A DNA stretch of 64,000 bases from Candidatus Latescibacterota bacterium (GTDB lineage: Bacteria; Latescibacterota; UBA2968; UBA8231). This document shows positions 19,501-27,804 of this stretch, one piece after another. Positions within the stretch are counted from its first letter, which is position 1; each line of letters starts with the position of its first letter. The notes under the pieces are model-generated. The model saw only the letters and a list, made by a program, of their open reading frames with translations. It was not told where the DNA came from and did no database searches. A program made the translations under genes and the position numbers. Location of the stretch: NCBI GenBank assembly GCA_965243025.1, contig CBDETY010000003.1, positions 5,280,001 through 5,344,000 of the forward strand, read 5' to 3'.

Positions 19501-19992
19501 GACAACAGGGTCCTCAACTTCGGTGAGTTTGAGGGTGACCTTTTGCACCCGGGGAGTCCGTTGCCAGACTGACTTCTCGTCTTCTTCGTCTTCGATCTTT
19601 ACCGGTTCATAGTCCCCCCAGGAGGCGGTTACCTCGAGTGAGTCCGTTTCCCCGGGAACGAGGAAGCTCAGCCCCATGGAGGAAGGGAAGTAGCCCTTCT
19701 TGGCGGCCTTTCTTTCCTCGTTGGACTCCTCGGCAAGACCAGTGGACTCAGGGACTTCCCCGTCCATGTCGTCATCTTCGTCCGCGTCGGCACTCGTATC
19801 AGCCGCAGACCCGGACGGGATCAGGAAACCGGTCAGATACCAGTTCGAGGGTCGTATCCACCCCGGCAGGCGCTCGTCGGCCAGGGGATGGCCGACCCAA
19901 GGCCCTACCAAATCGAGGTTCAGGGCCTCAATCAGACGGCCTCGTACTTCCAGGGAGGTACTGGGAGCGCGGTTTTTGGAATTGCTCGCCAT
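16585..19992 (-). CDS. drmA: DISARM helicase DrmA
   Basis: FPTGGGKTEAY, QDELH, ASTAT, ATNMISVGLD and YIQATSRIGR; adjacent to drmB. Confidence 0.92.
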   Translation of the reverse strand: MASNSKNRAPSTSLEVRGRLIEALNLDLVGPWVGHPLADERLPGWIRPSNWYLTGFLIPSGSAADTSADADEDDDMDGEVPESTGLAEESNEERKAAKKGYFPSSMGLSFLVPGETDSLEVTASWGDYEPVKIEDEEDEKSVWQRTPRVQKVTLKLTEVEDPVVCDVPESGGLQLHVVQRRVVAQDLEEHIPPGTRSVSVFLVNNRAPLETDVDRAYVFQPELEVDGGRPFVPRPDLRGTRANQWDDRVADLHYSDTPSYATGHGVSADWEILDGECHLLRTAWIPRAEVEKTETAEVPGVELAMETLGSLPDGAAAEDALRPLVDQYRAWVLARRESVEDLEDTRRETAVELLRLADLAADRIGRGIAVLAADEDALDSFRVANRAVARALRQRLEIEEPSWRPFQLAFILLNLPGLIDPADQHRETVDLLFFPTGGGKTEAYLGLAAFAMVLRRLRHPDAQGRAGAGVSVIMRYTLRLLTLDQLARASGLVCALELERTEAEGRYGDWPFEIGLWVGKAATPNLLGKKGDGRSDSARTKVRQYKADPRGKPSPVPLESCPWCGEPFGPDSFALLPNDDQPRELRIVCMNFECEFSGDRALPILAVDEPIYRRLPAFLIATVDKFASLPWMGPSGGLLGGADRYDGRGFYGATDTERATRLPAPLLPPDLVIQDELHLISGPLGTIAGLYEAAIEALCVRGTGGNAFRPKIIASTATVRQAQDQIQALFGRSLTQVFPAPGPDRRDSFFARTETTSKVPGRVYVGIAAQGRNPKVLMRRAWLALMGTAQKAYMEAGGRRNEENPADPYMTVLGYFNSLKELGGARRILEEEIQNTIKGYGIRKRIGETTGLFRDRRTFSEVVELTSRVSTDKVAEARRRLGLGFHENDRVDCAIATNMISVGLDIQRLGLMVVLGQPLRHDEYIQATSRIGRDDERPGLVVSLLNIHKPRDRSHYERFRHYHETFYRSVEVGSVTPFSARALDRGFAGALVTLARHGRAELTPAMEVKRIGDIRAELEPMLLDAFLERVRSQPITDEEEREQYLRSVQNRVVDLLDSWTKVIDDYQSAGVEVQYQRYEIPGQRRPRPLLREILDKDFETEHHAKFRANRSMRDVEPNVNLFLKDLGGAREKTDR

Positions 19993-20066
19993 CAGGAGAA
20001 CCAGTCATCTACAAACCAAGAAGGTGGTGGGTGCCCAGTAGTCAGTACATACACAGACGGAATGGA

Positions 20067-21359
20067 CTAAGCGTTGTCGACCGGATTGCCACGCCAGACT
20101 AGCGGCTTGCCTGTCTCAGCGTCGACAACGCCATCAAGTTTGGGGGTATCTTCAGGATCTGCGCAGGTTGTATCAAGTTGGGTTTGTGTAAGCCCAACCA
20201 CCGGACTTCCACCCGACTTCGACCCGGAGAAATCTGCACCAGTGAGATTGGAGCGCGACAAGGTCGAACCGTAGAGGTTGGCGTCTGAAAAAGACGCGTT
20301 AGATAAGTCTGCTTCGAGCAGTACTGCGTTTGATAAATCTGCATTCCAGAGTCTCGCGTGGGCGAGTTTGGCCCCGGGCAAATTGGCGTCTGTAAGATTT
20401 GCGCCATCGAGAATGGAACCCGTAAGGTTTATCCCCATCAGATGACCACCAGATAGATCTACTCCGTCCATCCGGGTTAGGTTTGCCACAACAACATTTG
20501 CCATATGTAAGGTAGTGGCTTGGTATCCGAGAGTTGCAGATGGGTTGGACGAGGATAAATCCGCATATCGAAGGTCTGCACCGGATAGTTTGGCGTTCAT
20601 TAGCCTCGCATTCGTAAACCGGACACCAAACAGGTTTGCATTGCCAAGATTGGCTTTATCTAAGGACGCGGCGCGAAGGTCCGCGAATCGCAAGTCCAGT
20701 TGGAATCCCTCCCTTTCCTCGAGACGGAGACCGGTATCACGGCGGCAAGCAATCGCCGACATGACCGCCTCGACATCTTCTCTCTGTGCTGAAGGAATAC
20801 CCCGGAGGTCCTCGAATCTCGGTGCCAGGTTGGTCTCGTCTCCTGGGGAGATCACGTTTTCGTCTTTGGTGGGGTGGCGAACAAAGGCGCAGAAAAGGCG
20901 CATAATCTGGACGTGATATCGATCAGGATGGTCCTCCGCAAGACACCGAAGCGCGAAAATACCGCCGAGACGAACAGAGGTGAGGTGGCTCCCGAGCATC
21001 TCCGCCCCCTTCTGGTAACGCCCGTTCAAAAACTCCTGCTGCGCCGTGTCAGCTTGGCGTTCGGCTACTATACTTCGCCAAATGGCAGCCGGCAACGCGA
21101 CGATTGCTGCGCTCAGCAATCCGATGTTCCGTAGTGTTGAGCTATTGGACTCGGAACTGAACCAATCCCATAGAAGAAAATCAACAACGACCACCGCAAT
21201 GGCTATCGTGATGACTGTCCGAAAGCCAACCGACTTGGGCATGACAGTTTCTTTAGCCTTCAAAAATTTTCTTATCCGGACTATGAAACCTGCGACGGTC
21301 CTCGTGCCCGAAGCAAGTTTGCGCCGAGCCTCAAAAGTCCTTAACCTGCGGATGCTCAT
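20067..21359 (-). CDS. Membrane-anchored pentapeptide-repeat protein
   Basis: Two N-terminal hydrophobic segments, VRLGGIFAL, then many A(D/N)Lxx pentapeptide repeats. Start may be 21242. Confidence 0.8.
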   Translation of the reverse strand: MSIRRLRTFEARRKLASGTRTVAGFIVRIRKFLKAKETVMPKSVGFRTVITIAIAVVVVDFLLWDWFSSESNSSTLRNIGLLSAAIVALPAAIWRSIVAERQADTAQQEFLNGRYQKGAEMLGSHLTSVRLGGIFALRCLAEDHPDRYHVQIMRLFCAFVRHPTKDENVISPGDETNLAPRFEDLRGIPSAQREDVEAVMSAIACRRDTGLRLEEREGFQLDLRFADLRAASLDKANLGNANLFGVRFTNARLMNAKLSGADLRYADLSSSNPSATLGYQATTLHMANVVVANLTRMDGVDLSGGHLMGINLTGSILDGANLTDANLPGAKLAHARLWNADLSNAVLLEADLSNASFSDANLYGSTLSRSNLTGADFSGSKSGGSPVVGLTQTQLDTTCADPEDTPKLDGVVDAETGKPLVWRGNPVDNA

Positions 21360-21365
21360 CGTTCG

Positions 21366-22520
21366 TTAGAGGGGGTCAATACTCCTCAATTCAAGCGTTG
21401 TTCGAACCTCCCCTATTCCTGTCTCTTCGACCCGTTCAACACAGTCTACCTCGTATCTTTGGGTGTCGACGATCACTCCACTTAATGTGACTTTAAAACC
21501 ACTGGCAGAACGGCCGCTATGGCGGATGCCTTCGTCGTCCCGCAGAGTCCAAAGTCCCGATTCGACGTTGACGTGTGTGAAGACTCCCTTAAGGGTGACC
21601 TCCTCAACCGTCAAATCCTTCTGTTCGACGATCAGGTTGTGTAGTCTTTCTGCAGAACTTCGAGAAATCTTCCTTGCCGATGAGAATGTCCGGTCCGGTG
21701 CTGACCATCGGTATCCCAGGCCAGATTCAGAATCAACCATGAATTTCAGCAATCGCCGATAGGCATCTACGAGGTGGCCCCTGTTGTCCCGGATGACAGA
21801 GAACCCCGCCTCTGGTTCATCGATGCACTCGGTCAGGATATCGATTTTATCAAGAGCTCTGGACAGACCTACGAAACCTAGTAAGTCAGGGTCTACTCTT
21901 GACTGGAGGTGAACAGTGAACGATCCGGGCGAAAACCCAAACACGTCCATCATCCAGTTCGCTTTATCCCCAATTTTTTTCCGTGTGTCTGGGCTTACGT
22001 CGCGAAGAACTCTCCGGTATGCCTGGCCAACCAGATTCTGAAAAAGGGACAGTCCCGTGGTCAGATTACTCACCCCGATATTCGCAGCGGTTTGGGTTTC
22101 TGGAGGATTCATTCGCAAGTGCAAAATTGCCTTGCCACGGGTTGTCACTTCCTGAGTCACCGGGTCCGGATCAACAAAGTCCGATATTCGAAGGTCTGGG
22201 TCGGGGAGCCATTTCTCGGGGGGCCTGCCAACTGGAGACATCGGTAATCGATTCGCCGATTCGACGGTGTCACCCGTGAGTGCTGCGATGTAATACTCGT
22301 TAACTTCGGGTGTTGTCAGGCCACTACGGACATCAAGAACGCCGGTTTCCAGTTGGTACACCCTATCTCCTGACACGGGTGTCAGCAGGTATCCATCCGT
22401 GCTTTCCGATTCCTCGACCAGCAATCCAAGGTAGAGTTGCCCCACTTCATCGCTAGCCACGATGACTTGAGGTCCATCGTAGTAGATCAGCGTCCGTACG
22501 AGTTGGACAGATCTGGCCAT
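21366..22520 (-). CDS. Hypothetical protein, N-terminal domain possibly DUF6575-like
   Basis: LIYYDGPQV...LYLGLL...YLLTPVS...WLPDP N-terminal pattern (family label recalled, not verified) and GFSPGSF in the C-terminal half; ATG at 22520, 13 bp after the upstream stop. Confidence 0.65.
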   Translation of the reverse strand: MARSVQLVRTLIYYDGPQVIVASDEVGQLYLGLLVEESESTDGYLLTPVSGDRVYQLETGVLDVRSGLTTPEVNEYYIAALTGDTVESANRLPMSPVGRPPEKWLPDPDLRISDFVDPDPVTQEVTTRGKAILHLRMNPPETQTAANIGVSNLTTGLSLFQNLVGQAYRRVLRDVSPDTRKKIGDKANWMMDVFGFSPGSFTVHLQSRVDPDLLGFVGLSRALDKIDILTECIDEPEAGFSVIRDNRGHLVDAYRRLLKFMVDSESGLGYRWSAPDRTFSSARKISRSSAERLHNLIVEQKDLTVEEVTLKGVFTHVNVESGLWTLRDDEGIRHSGRSASGFKVTLSGVIVDTQRYEVDCVERVEETGIGEVRTTLELRSIDPL

Positions 22521-22533
22521 TCGTAAGTCCGGG

Positions 22534-22917
22534 TCAGGGATTGACAGACAGGGCCAGTGGGACAGGGTCGAAGTTGGCACCGCGCCACCAGGACACGTGG
22601 CCCGACTTCCCGGGGGTTTTCTTGGTGAGGCCCGCCGCCGGAGGAAGATTCAGTGAAACGATGGAACCGCCCTTGAATCGAGGCAATTTCAACAATTTAA
22701 TGGCGCTCTTCCGGACGAGAAATAGCGATACGGCACGTGCCTGACACTCCGGTACCGAAAAAGGTCGTTTCGGGTAGAGTGACCTCTGCGAAATGAAATC
22801 GCAGTCGGTGGGGGGGATCGCCCGAACAACGCGAAAGTGCGGTTCAGGAACTGGTGCACCGGCGTCTTTTGGGGGGCAGTCATCCGGAAGTTCTTCGTAC
22901 CAGCCGTTCTCAGCCAT
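22534..22917 (-). CDS. Small hypothetical protein (127 aa), possibly ADP-ribosyltransferase-like fold
   Basis: CPPKDA, HFRVV, ARAVSLF and GHVSWW; co-oriented and closely linked to the downstream gene. Confidence 0.6.
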   Translation of the reverse strand: MAENGWYEELPDDCPPKDAGAPVPEPHFRVVRAIPPTDCDFISQRSLYPKRPFSVPECQARAVSLFLVRKSAIKLLKLPRFKGGSIVSLNLPPAAGLTKKTPGKSGHVSWWRGANFDPVPLALSVNP

Positions 22918-23060
22918 CCGTCACCCAGCCTAGTTTCGCAAGTACCAGCCGCCCCAGAAAAGGCTGTCAACGAGAGAATCGCCTCTTCCGTAATTCGCAT
23001 TCAAAAGGCGGTGCCCACCGGTCGGCACGACGATGGATGGCTCGACCACATGCAGGGTTG

Positions 23061-24953
23061 TCACAACGAAATCCCCATTTCTCCCAAGAACCGCGAAGGC
23101 TGTTTCTCCCAGCCAGAATAAACCTCGGAAAAGGTCATAGTTAGGCTTGCCTGGGCTCGTGTAATTGCCACGAAGCAGTTGCGTCGCTCCTCTTCGATGG
23201 CGCGATCGCCGCTTTGTATAGCATAATAGGAGGGCAATTGATCTTCTGCCAACCCAACCAGGTAAACGTGTTGGAACTCCTTGCCCTTGGCGAGGTGTAT
23301 CGTCAAACACTGGATGTCGTTCCTGCCCGGAGGCGATGTTTTTTGCCGCAGGTCCAGCTCCTGAAGGAACTGGTTAAGGGTTGTTTTTCCTCCGTGCTGT
23401 TGCCGGATTTTGCTTTCAAGTTCCCGCCAGACCTGTTTCTCCGCCATCGTTTCGTCGAAACCCGAATCCTGCTCGTAAGAGGTGTCGCTGCTTTCAGAGT
23501 CCCAACGGAAGACGTTATTCACAAAATCCCGATACTCGAGACGTTCCAGAAGATGATCTCGCAGGGTACACAACAACGGGTGGCCAGCTTGACCTGACGG
23601 TGGAGTCGCGGCCTCGACGAATCCTCTCAGCAGCGAATCTCCGGACTGGCCACTTTCCATGTCCGCATCTTCGGGATCAACGTTTACCCCGGTCAGATCT
23701 CCAAATGCCTTGTACAATACTGCCAACTGACCGGCATCGTTCGGGGAATTGGCCAAGCGTAATCCCGAGTGGATGAAACGCAGCAACGGAGATTCGAATT
23801 CTTTTTTCTGCCTGACGAGATACGGGGACAATCCGGCGCTATTCAGCGCTTCTTCAGCGGCTGCCAAAAGCTTGGTATTTCGGGCAAGAATGGTGCAATC
23901 GCCGGGATCGAGGGATCGCTCAACAATATCCCGGGCAATCCACGCCATCTCTTGGTCGGTGTCGGGAAATTTTATGTATCTGACTACATCGGAACCGGAC
24001 GATACGACGGTGGATACCAGCCCCTTTTTATCCGCCGCCCGGTCAAGGTTGTGCCGGATCAGGTTGTTGGCCAGTTCAATAACCTGCGGTGGACATCGGT
24101 AACTCTCCGGGAGTTGGACGACCTCCATGTCGTAGTCCTCCCTGAGTTTCCGAAGGCGTTCCGGACTGGCCCCGTTCCACTGGTAGATGATTTGGTCGTC
24201 GTCCGCTACCACGAACAGGTTGGACTTTCGGTCAGGGCAGAGGAGGTGCAGCAAGCAATCCTGGGCTTTGTTTGTATCCTGATACTCGTCGACGCAAATG
24301 AACGGATATACAGTTCGATAGTGGTGGGCAATTCTGGGCCGTTCGCGGAACAGGCGCAGACAGCAGAGCAACAAGGTTCCGAAATCGAGGTAATTCTTCC
24401 GGATCAGGAGACGCATGTAGGTGTTGTAAACAGGTCGAATCCAGTCCCAATCGGAGTGGAACGGAAGCGGTTCATCGTCCCCGAAATGGCCATCTCGAAG
24501 CAAGCGATCGACCATCTGCACGATACCTTTCCCGGTCAAGATCTCCGGCAAGTCTGCGAAGTCCGCGCCCTCAATTGCTTCGTCCAGTAAGCTGTGGCGG
24601 TCTGCGTCCTGGGTAAGGATCTTGAAGTCTGGGCGCAGGCCGAAATGACTGCCGTGTTGCCGCAGCACCTCCGCCGCAAAGGAGTGGAACGTCGTCAGAC
24701 GAGCTCGATGCGCCTCCGGGCCGAGCAGTTGAGATGCCCGAGACCTCATTTCGTCGGCGGCTTTAGTGGTAAACGTAAGCGCCAGAACTTTGAAGCGACT
24801 CTCGGGAAAATCCTGAATCAGCCGTGCGACACGTATGGTCAATACCCGGGTCTTCCCCGACCCCGGTCCGGCAAGGACCAGCATGGGGCCGTCGTTCCAC
24901 GCCACTGCGTTCCGCTGATTGGCGTTCAGACCTTCCATTTCGAGCATGGTCAT
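23061..24953 (-). CDS. gajB: UvrD/Rep superfamily-1 helicase, Gabija GajB-like
   Basis: AGPGSGKT, VDEYQD, DDDQIIYQW, YRCP, TIHLAKGKEF and FVAITRA; 4-bp overlap with the OLD nuclease gene. Confidence 0.85.
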   Translation of the reverse strand: MTMLEMEGLNANQRNAVAWNDGPMLVLAGPGSGKTRVLTIRVARLIQDFPESRFKVLALTFTTKAADEMRSRASQLLGPEAHRARLTTFHSFAAEVLRQHGSHFGLRPDFKILTQDADRHSLLDEAIEGADFADLPEILTGKGIVQMVDRLLRDGHFGDDEPLPFHSDWDWIRPVYNTYMRLLIRKNYLDFGTLLLCCLRLFRERPRIAHHYRTVYPFICVDEYQDTNKAQDCLLHLLCPDRKSNLFVVADDDQIIYQWNGASPERLRKLREDYDMEVVQLPESYRCPPQVIELANNLIRHNLDRAADKKGLVSTVVSSGSDVVRYIKFPDTDQEMAWIARDIVERSLDPGDCTILARNTKLLAAAEEALNSAGLSPYLVRQKKEFESPLLRFIHSGLRLANSPNDAGQLAVLYKAFGDLTGVNVDPEDADMESGQSGDSLLRGFVEAATPPSGQAGHPLLCTLRDHLLERLEYRDFVNNVFRWDSESSDTSYEQDSGFDETMAEKQVWRELESKIRQQHGGKTTLNQFLQELDLRQKTSPPGRNDIQCLTIHLAKGKEFQHVYLVGLAEDQLPSYYAIQSGDRAIEEERRNCFVAITRAQASLTMTFSEVYSGWEKQPSRFLGEMGISL

Positions 24954-26647
24954 TCCCCGGCGAGGTCGATTGCCTTATTGAGAATATCCGAGAGCGGCCC
25001 GGGAACCGGTAGAGCATTCTCGGTTGCTGTCATTTTCGCCACGGCTTCGGCGGCGGCTGCCGGTTTGCTGAAGCTCTTGGGCAACGCATCCAGAACCTCC
25101 AGCCAGTATTGAGCGGTCCCTTTCGTAGATGATGGGTGAGGCTTCTGTGAGGACATCCTTGATTCGTAAATTTCACCGAACCCATTTTCGCAAAGAAGCA
25201 GCTCAACGTTGTCGTAGGGAATTGCGAGTCGGTCAGTCTCGGATGCTCCGCCCAACTGTGCCTTTACTCGGTTCTCGTACTTCTTGCGCCCCTGGTCGTC
25301 GTCCAGTACACAATACCAAGCGATACCGAGCTGATTGGCAACCTTCGCAAGCATCCCCACAACCGTCTGGCTGAACTCCACGCAGCGAACGCCCTCCCGC
25401 TCGAGATCCAGCCCAAGCGTTTCGGCAGCGCCGGAAAACAGCGTTGTTTCCGTCTCTCCTTCGACCAGAAGCCAGCACCTCGAAAAAAGCAACTCGCCGC
25501 GGGTCCGCCGGACGTGGAAATCGAACTTTCGTTCCTCTTCGGGGTTCAGGGTCCCCGGCTGTATTCGGTACGCCTTGATCCCCCCGTCGTCGTGTACGAA
25601 ACGCCGAATGGCCGAAGCATTGACGCTGCCAAGCAGATCGCCGCTGTGGGTCGATACCAGCTTCTGCCCCGGCAGGTCGCGCACCAGGCTCATCAGGGAG
25701 CGGATGGCAGACGGGTGCAGGTGGGCCTCCGGTTCCTCAAGGGCCGTAATCGGTTCTGCCGCGGGGTCGAGATCGGAGAGCTGGCTGCGGAGGAAAGCGC
25801 CGAACAGCAACAGCACAGTCAGACTCTGGGTTCCCTCGCCTTGGAATTCCACCGGAATCCTGGCGCCGGAACGGGAAGCGAGGCTCACCTGGGTGCGGGA
25901 CAGCAAGGAAAAGAGCTTGGTCGGGAGCGCATCGATGGCGACGATATCGGTGGCGCCGAACTCGATAACCCGCGCGGCGTCTTCAAGACGCTGGCGGATT
26001 TCCAGCAACGGTTGATGCGCTTCGATCAGCCGGCGGTTCAGATCGGCGAGTTCCTGTTCCAGCTCATTCTTTTCATCCTCGGGAACGCCAAGCTCCGCAA
26101 GGAAGGTGCGCCAGAAGCGGCCGTTGGAAACAAAATGCCTCGAAGCATCCCGCAGTGCGGAAAGGTAGAACGCCGGCACCACTCTCTGAAAAGCAGTGAG
26201 TTGGGCAGTCGTCCGTCCGGGCAAGGGCTGGCCGTTCGCATCGAGAAAGTCCCAATCCGTTGAGGATTCGAGGACATCAGGCTCGAATGACGAAGTTACC
26301 CGCAGGGTCACCCGGCGTCGGTCCTCTTCATCGAACGCGAGGAGCCCTTCAAGCGTTTGCACGACTTCGTCAGGCCATGGTTCGGCGTCCGTCTCGACGA
26401 ACGACAGTGTTATCTGGATCGGGTCGGAGGCCGCAGGCGACGAGTCTTCGTCGGAAAGGTGATAATCGTACTCGTTGAACGGACCGCGTCCTCGGCCACG
26501 GAGCCGCTCCAAACAGATGCGGATAGCCTCCAGAAACGCTGTCTTGCCCGAGTTGTTCTCGCCGATCAGGACCGTCGTTTCGTCGAGGTCGAGGCTGAGT
26601 TCCTTGATGCAACGGAAGTTGCGTATCTCGACGCTGGTCAGCTTCAT
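24950..26647 (-). CDS. gajA: OLD-family ATP-dependent endonuclease (ABC ATPase + TOPRIM), Gabija GajA-like
   Basis: GENNSGKT, GEGTQS, EEPEAHLHP, STHS and TOPRIM LVEGETE...DDD. Confidence 0.87.
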   Translation of the reverse strand: MKLTSVEIRNFRCIKELSLDLDETTVLIGENNSGKTAFLEAIRICLERLRGRGRGPFNEYDYHLSDEDSSPAASDPIQITLSFVETDAEPWPDEVVQTLEGLLAFDEEDRRRVTLRVTSSFEPDVLESSTDWDFLDANGQPLPGRTTAQLTAFQRVVPAFYLSALRDASRHFVSNGRFWRTFLAELGVPEDEKNELEQELADLNRRLIEAHQPLLEIRQRLEDAARVIEFGATDIVAIDALPTKLFSLLSRTQVSLASRSGARIPVEFQGEGTQSLTVLLLFGAFLRSQLSDLDPAAEPITALEEPEAHLHPSAIRSLMSLVRDLPGQKLVSTHSGDLLGSVNASAIRRFVHDDGGIKAYRIQPGTLNPEEERKFDFHVRRTRGELLFSRCWLLVEGETETTLFSGAAETLGLDLEREGVRCVEFSQTVVGMLAKVANQLGIAWYCVLDDDQGRKKYENRVKAQLGGASETDRLAIPYDNVELLLCENGFGEIYESRMSSQKPHPSSTKGTAQYWLEVLDALPKSFSKPAAAAEAVAKMTATENALPVPGPLSDILNKAIDLAGE

Positions 26648-26752
26648 TCAGGATTCCCCGTTCAGACTCGCGTACTTGAAATCCCGTCCCAGTCGATGTG
26701 CTCGACAAACATCCCATCTCCCTCCAGGTAGACGTGCAATCTCAACCGTCTC

Positions 26753-27250
26753 TCAATTCTCATTTCGAATTCTAATTGCTTCCTCAACAGCGTTCGCAAG
26801 GTGCTCAGAAATCCAAGCATATCGCTCTTTGCTGTTACTCCCGCCGGGATTGTAACACTTGACAATTGAGGAAAGCCTATTGCCTGAACTTCCATGGGTG
26901 ATGAAATCGAACGGATTTTTGCCAAGTGATGAAACCATTCCGTGGTAGTCCTTCAATCCGTGAATGCGGATTCCGACTACCCCCATTCCATCATCCCAGG
27001 ATTTGATAATTTCGTGGTTGATCCATTTACGATTTGCCGTATCGGATCCGACTAATACGACCGTACAGGAACGGTACATCATCTGACCCGCAATCCATTT
27101 CCTTATTGCAGTATCGCCTCCTTTCTTAACTGTCTCCCAGTCGTTATCTGTCGCGGGTCTGTTTCCTTCTATGCTGCCGATATTGCGGACCATCCCTGCC
27201 CGCCAGTTGTCTGGGTTGTAGTGGAAGCTGTAAAACACTCTACGAGCCAT
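26753..27250 (-). CDS. TIR-like protein (DUF1863/MTH538, Thoeris ThsB-like)
   Basis: RVFYSFHY, DNDWE, SCTVVLVG and RKWINHEI (conserved catalytic Glu), GIRIH. Confidence 0.85.
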   Translation of the reverse strand: MARRVFYSFHYNPDNWRAGMVRNIGSIEGNRPATDNDWETVKKGGDTAIRKWIAGQMMYRSCTVVLVGSDTANRKWINHEIIKSWDDGMGVVGIRIHGLKDYHGMVSSLGKNPFDFITHGSSGNRLSSIVKCYNPGGSNSKERYAWISEHLANAVEEAIRIRNEN

Positions 27251-27662
27251 TAGGTTGTTCTCCGGAAACATTGATGACTACCAAGACAATCGCGATGATG
27301 AGAGCCCCATAGAACGGAACCAGGGTTATCGAAAAGGTCGAGCCAAGCCACGAGCGCTTCCAACCGGTTCGGAACGAAGCGGTGGCCATTGAAAAGTCGA
27401 CTTCACTTTCGTCTATTGACCGGACGCGGTCGTATAGCGCCCGAAACAGGCGTTCCTGCCACAGGTAGTAGCCGTCAAGTCCCCAGAAGACGAGGACAGG
27501 TACCAATGCAATGTAGGCAACATCGAGGCGGTCCTCCTTCGCCAAGAGAACGAACAGGGCGGTGACCAAAACAACGGTCCACCCTTTCACTCGGAATGAG
27601 TCGGTCGCTAGGCGGTTGACTACTCCTTGGATCAATTCAAGATGCTTTAGCTTCGATTCCAT
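27240..27662 (-). CDS. Small integral membrane protein (about 3 TM segments) coupled to the TIR gene
   Basis: KHLELIQGVVNRL...KGW, three hydrophobic segments and YYLWQERLFRALYD; 11-bp overlap with the TIR gene; ATG at 27662 after CAGGA. Confidence 0.8.
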   Translation of the reverse strand: MESKLKHLELIQGVVNRLATDSFRVKGWTVVLVTALFVLLAKEDRLDVAYIALVPVLVFWGLDGYYLWQERLFRALYDRVRSIDESEVDFSMATASFRTGWKRSWLGSTFSITLVPFYGALIIAIVLVVINVSGEQPNGS

Positions 27663-27804
27663 TGCTATTTCCTGCGGGGATGAATGGCTTGTTCGATTCG
27701 ATGGTATTTGCTGTCGCCCGGGCGCCCTGCTCGCAGTTGCTGGTTCGACTTGGCAAGGACTTTGATCGGTTTCGTACCGTTCTTGACTCCCAGATAATTT
27801 CCCC

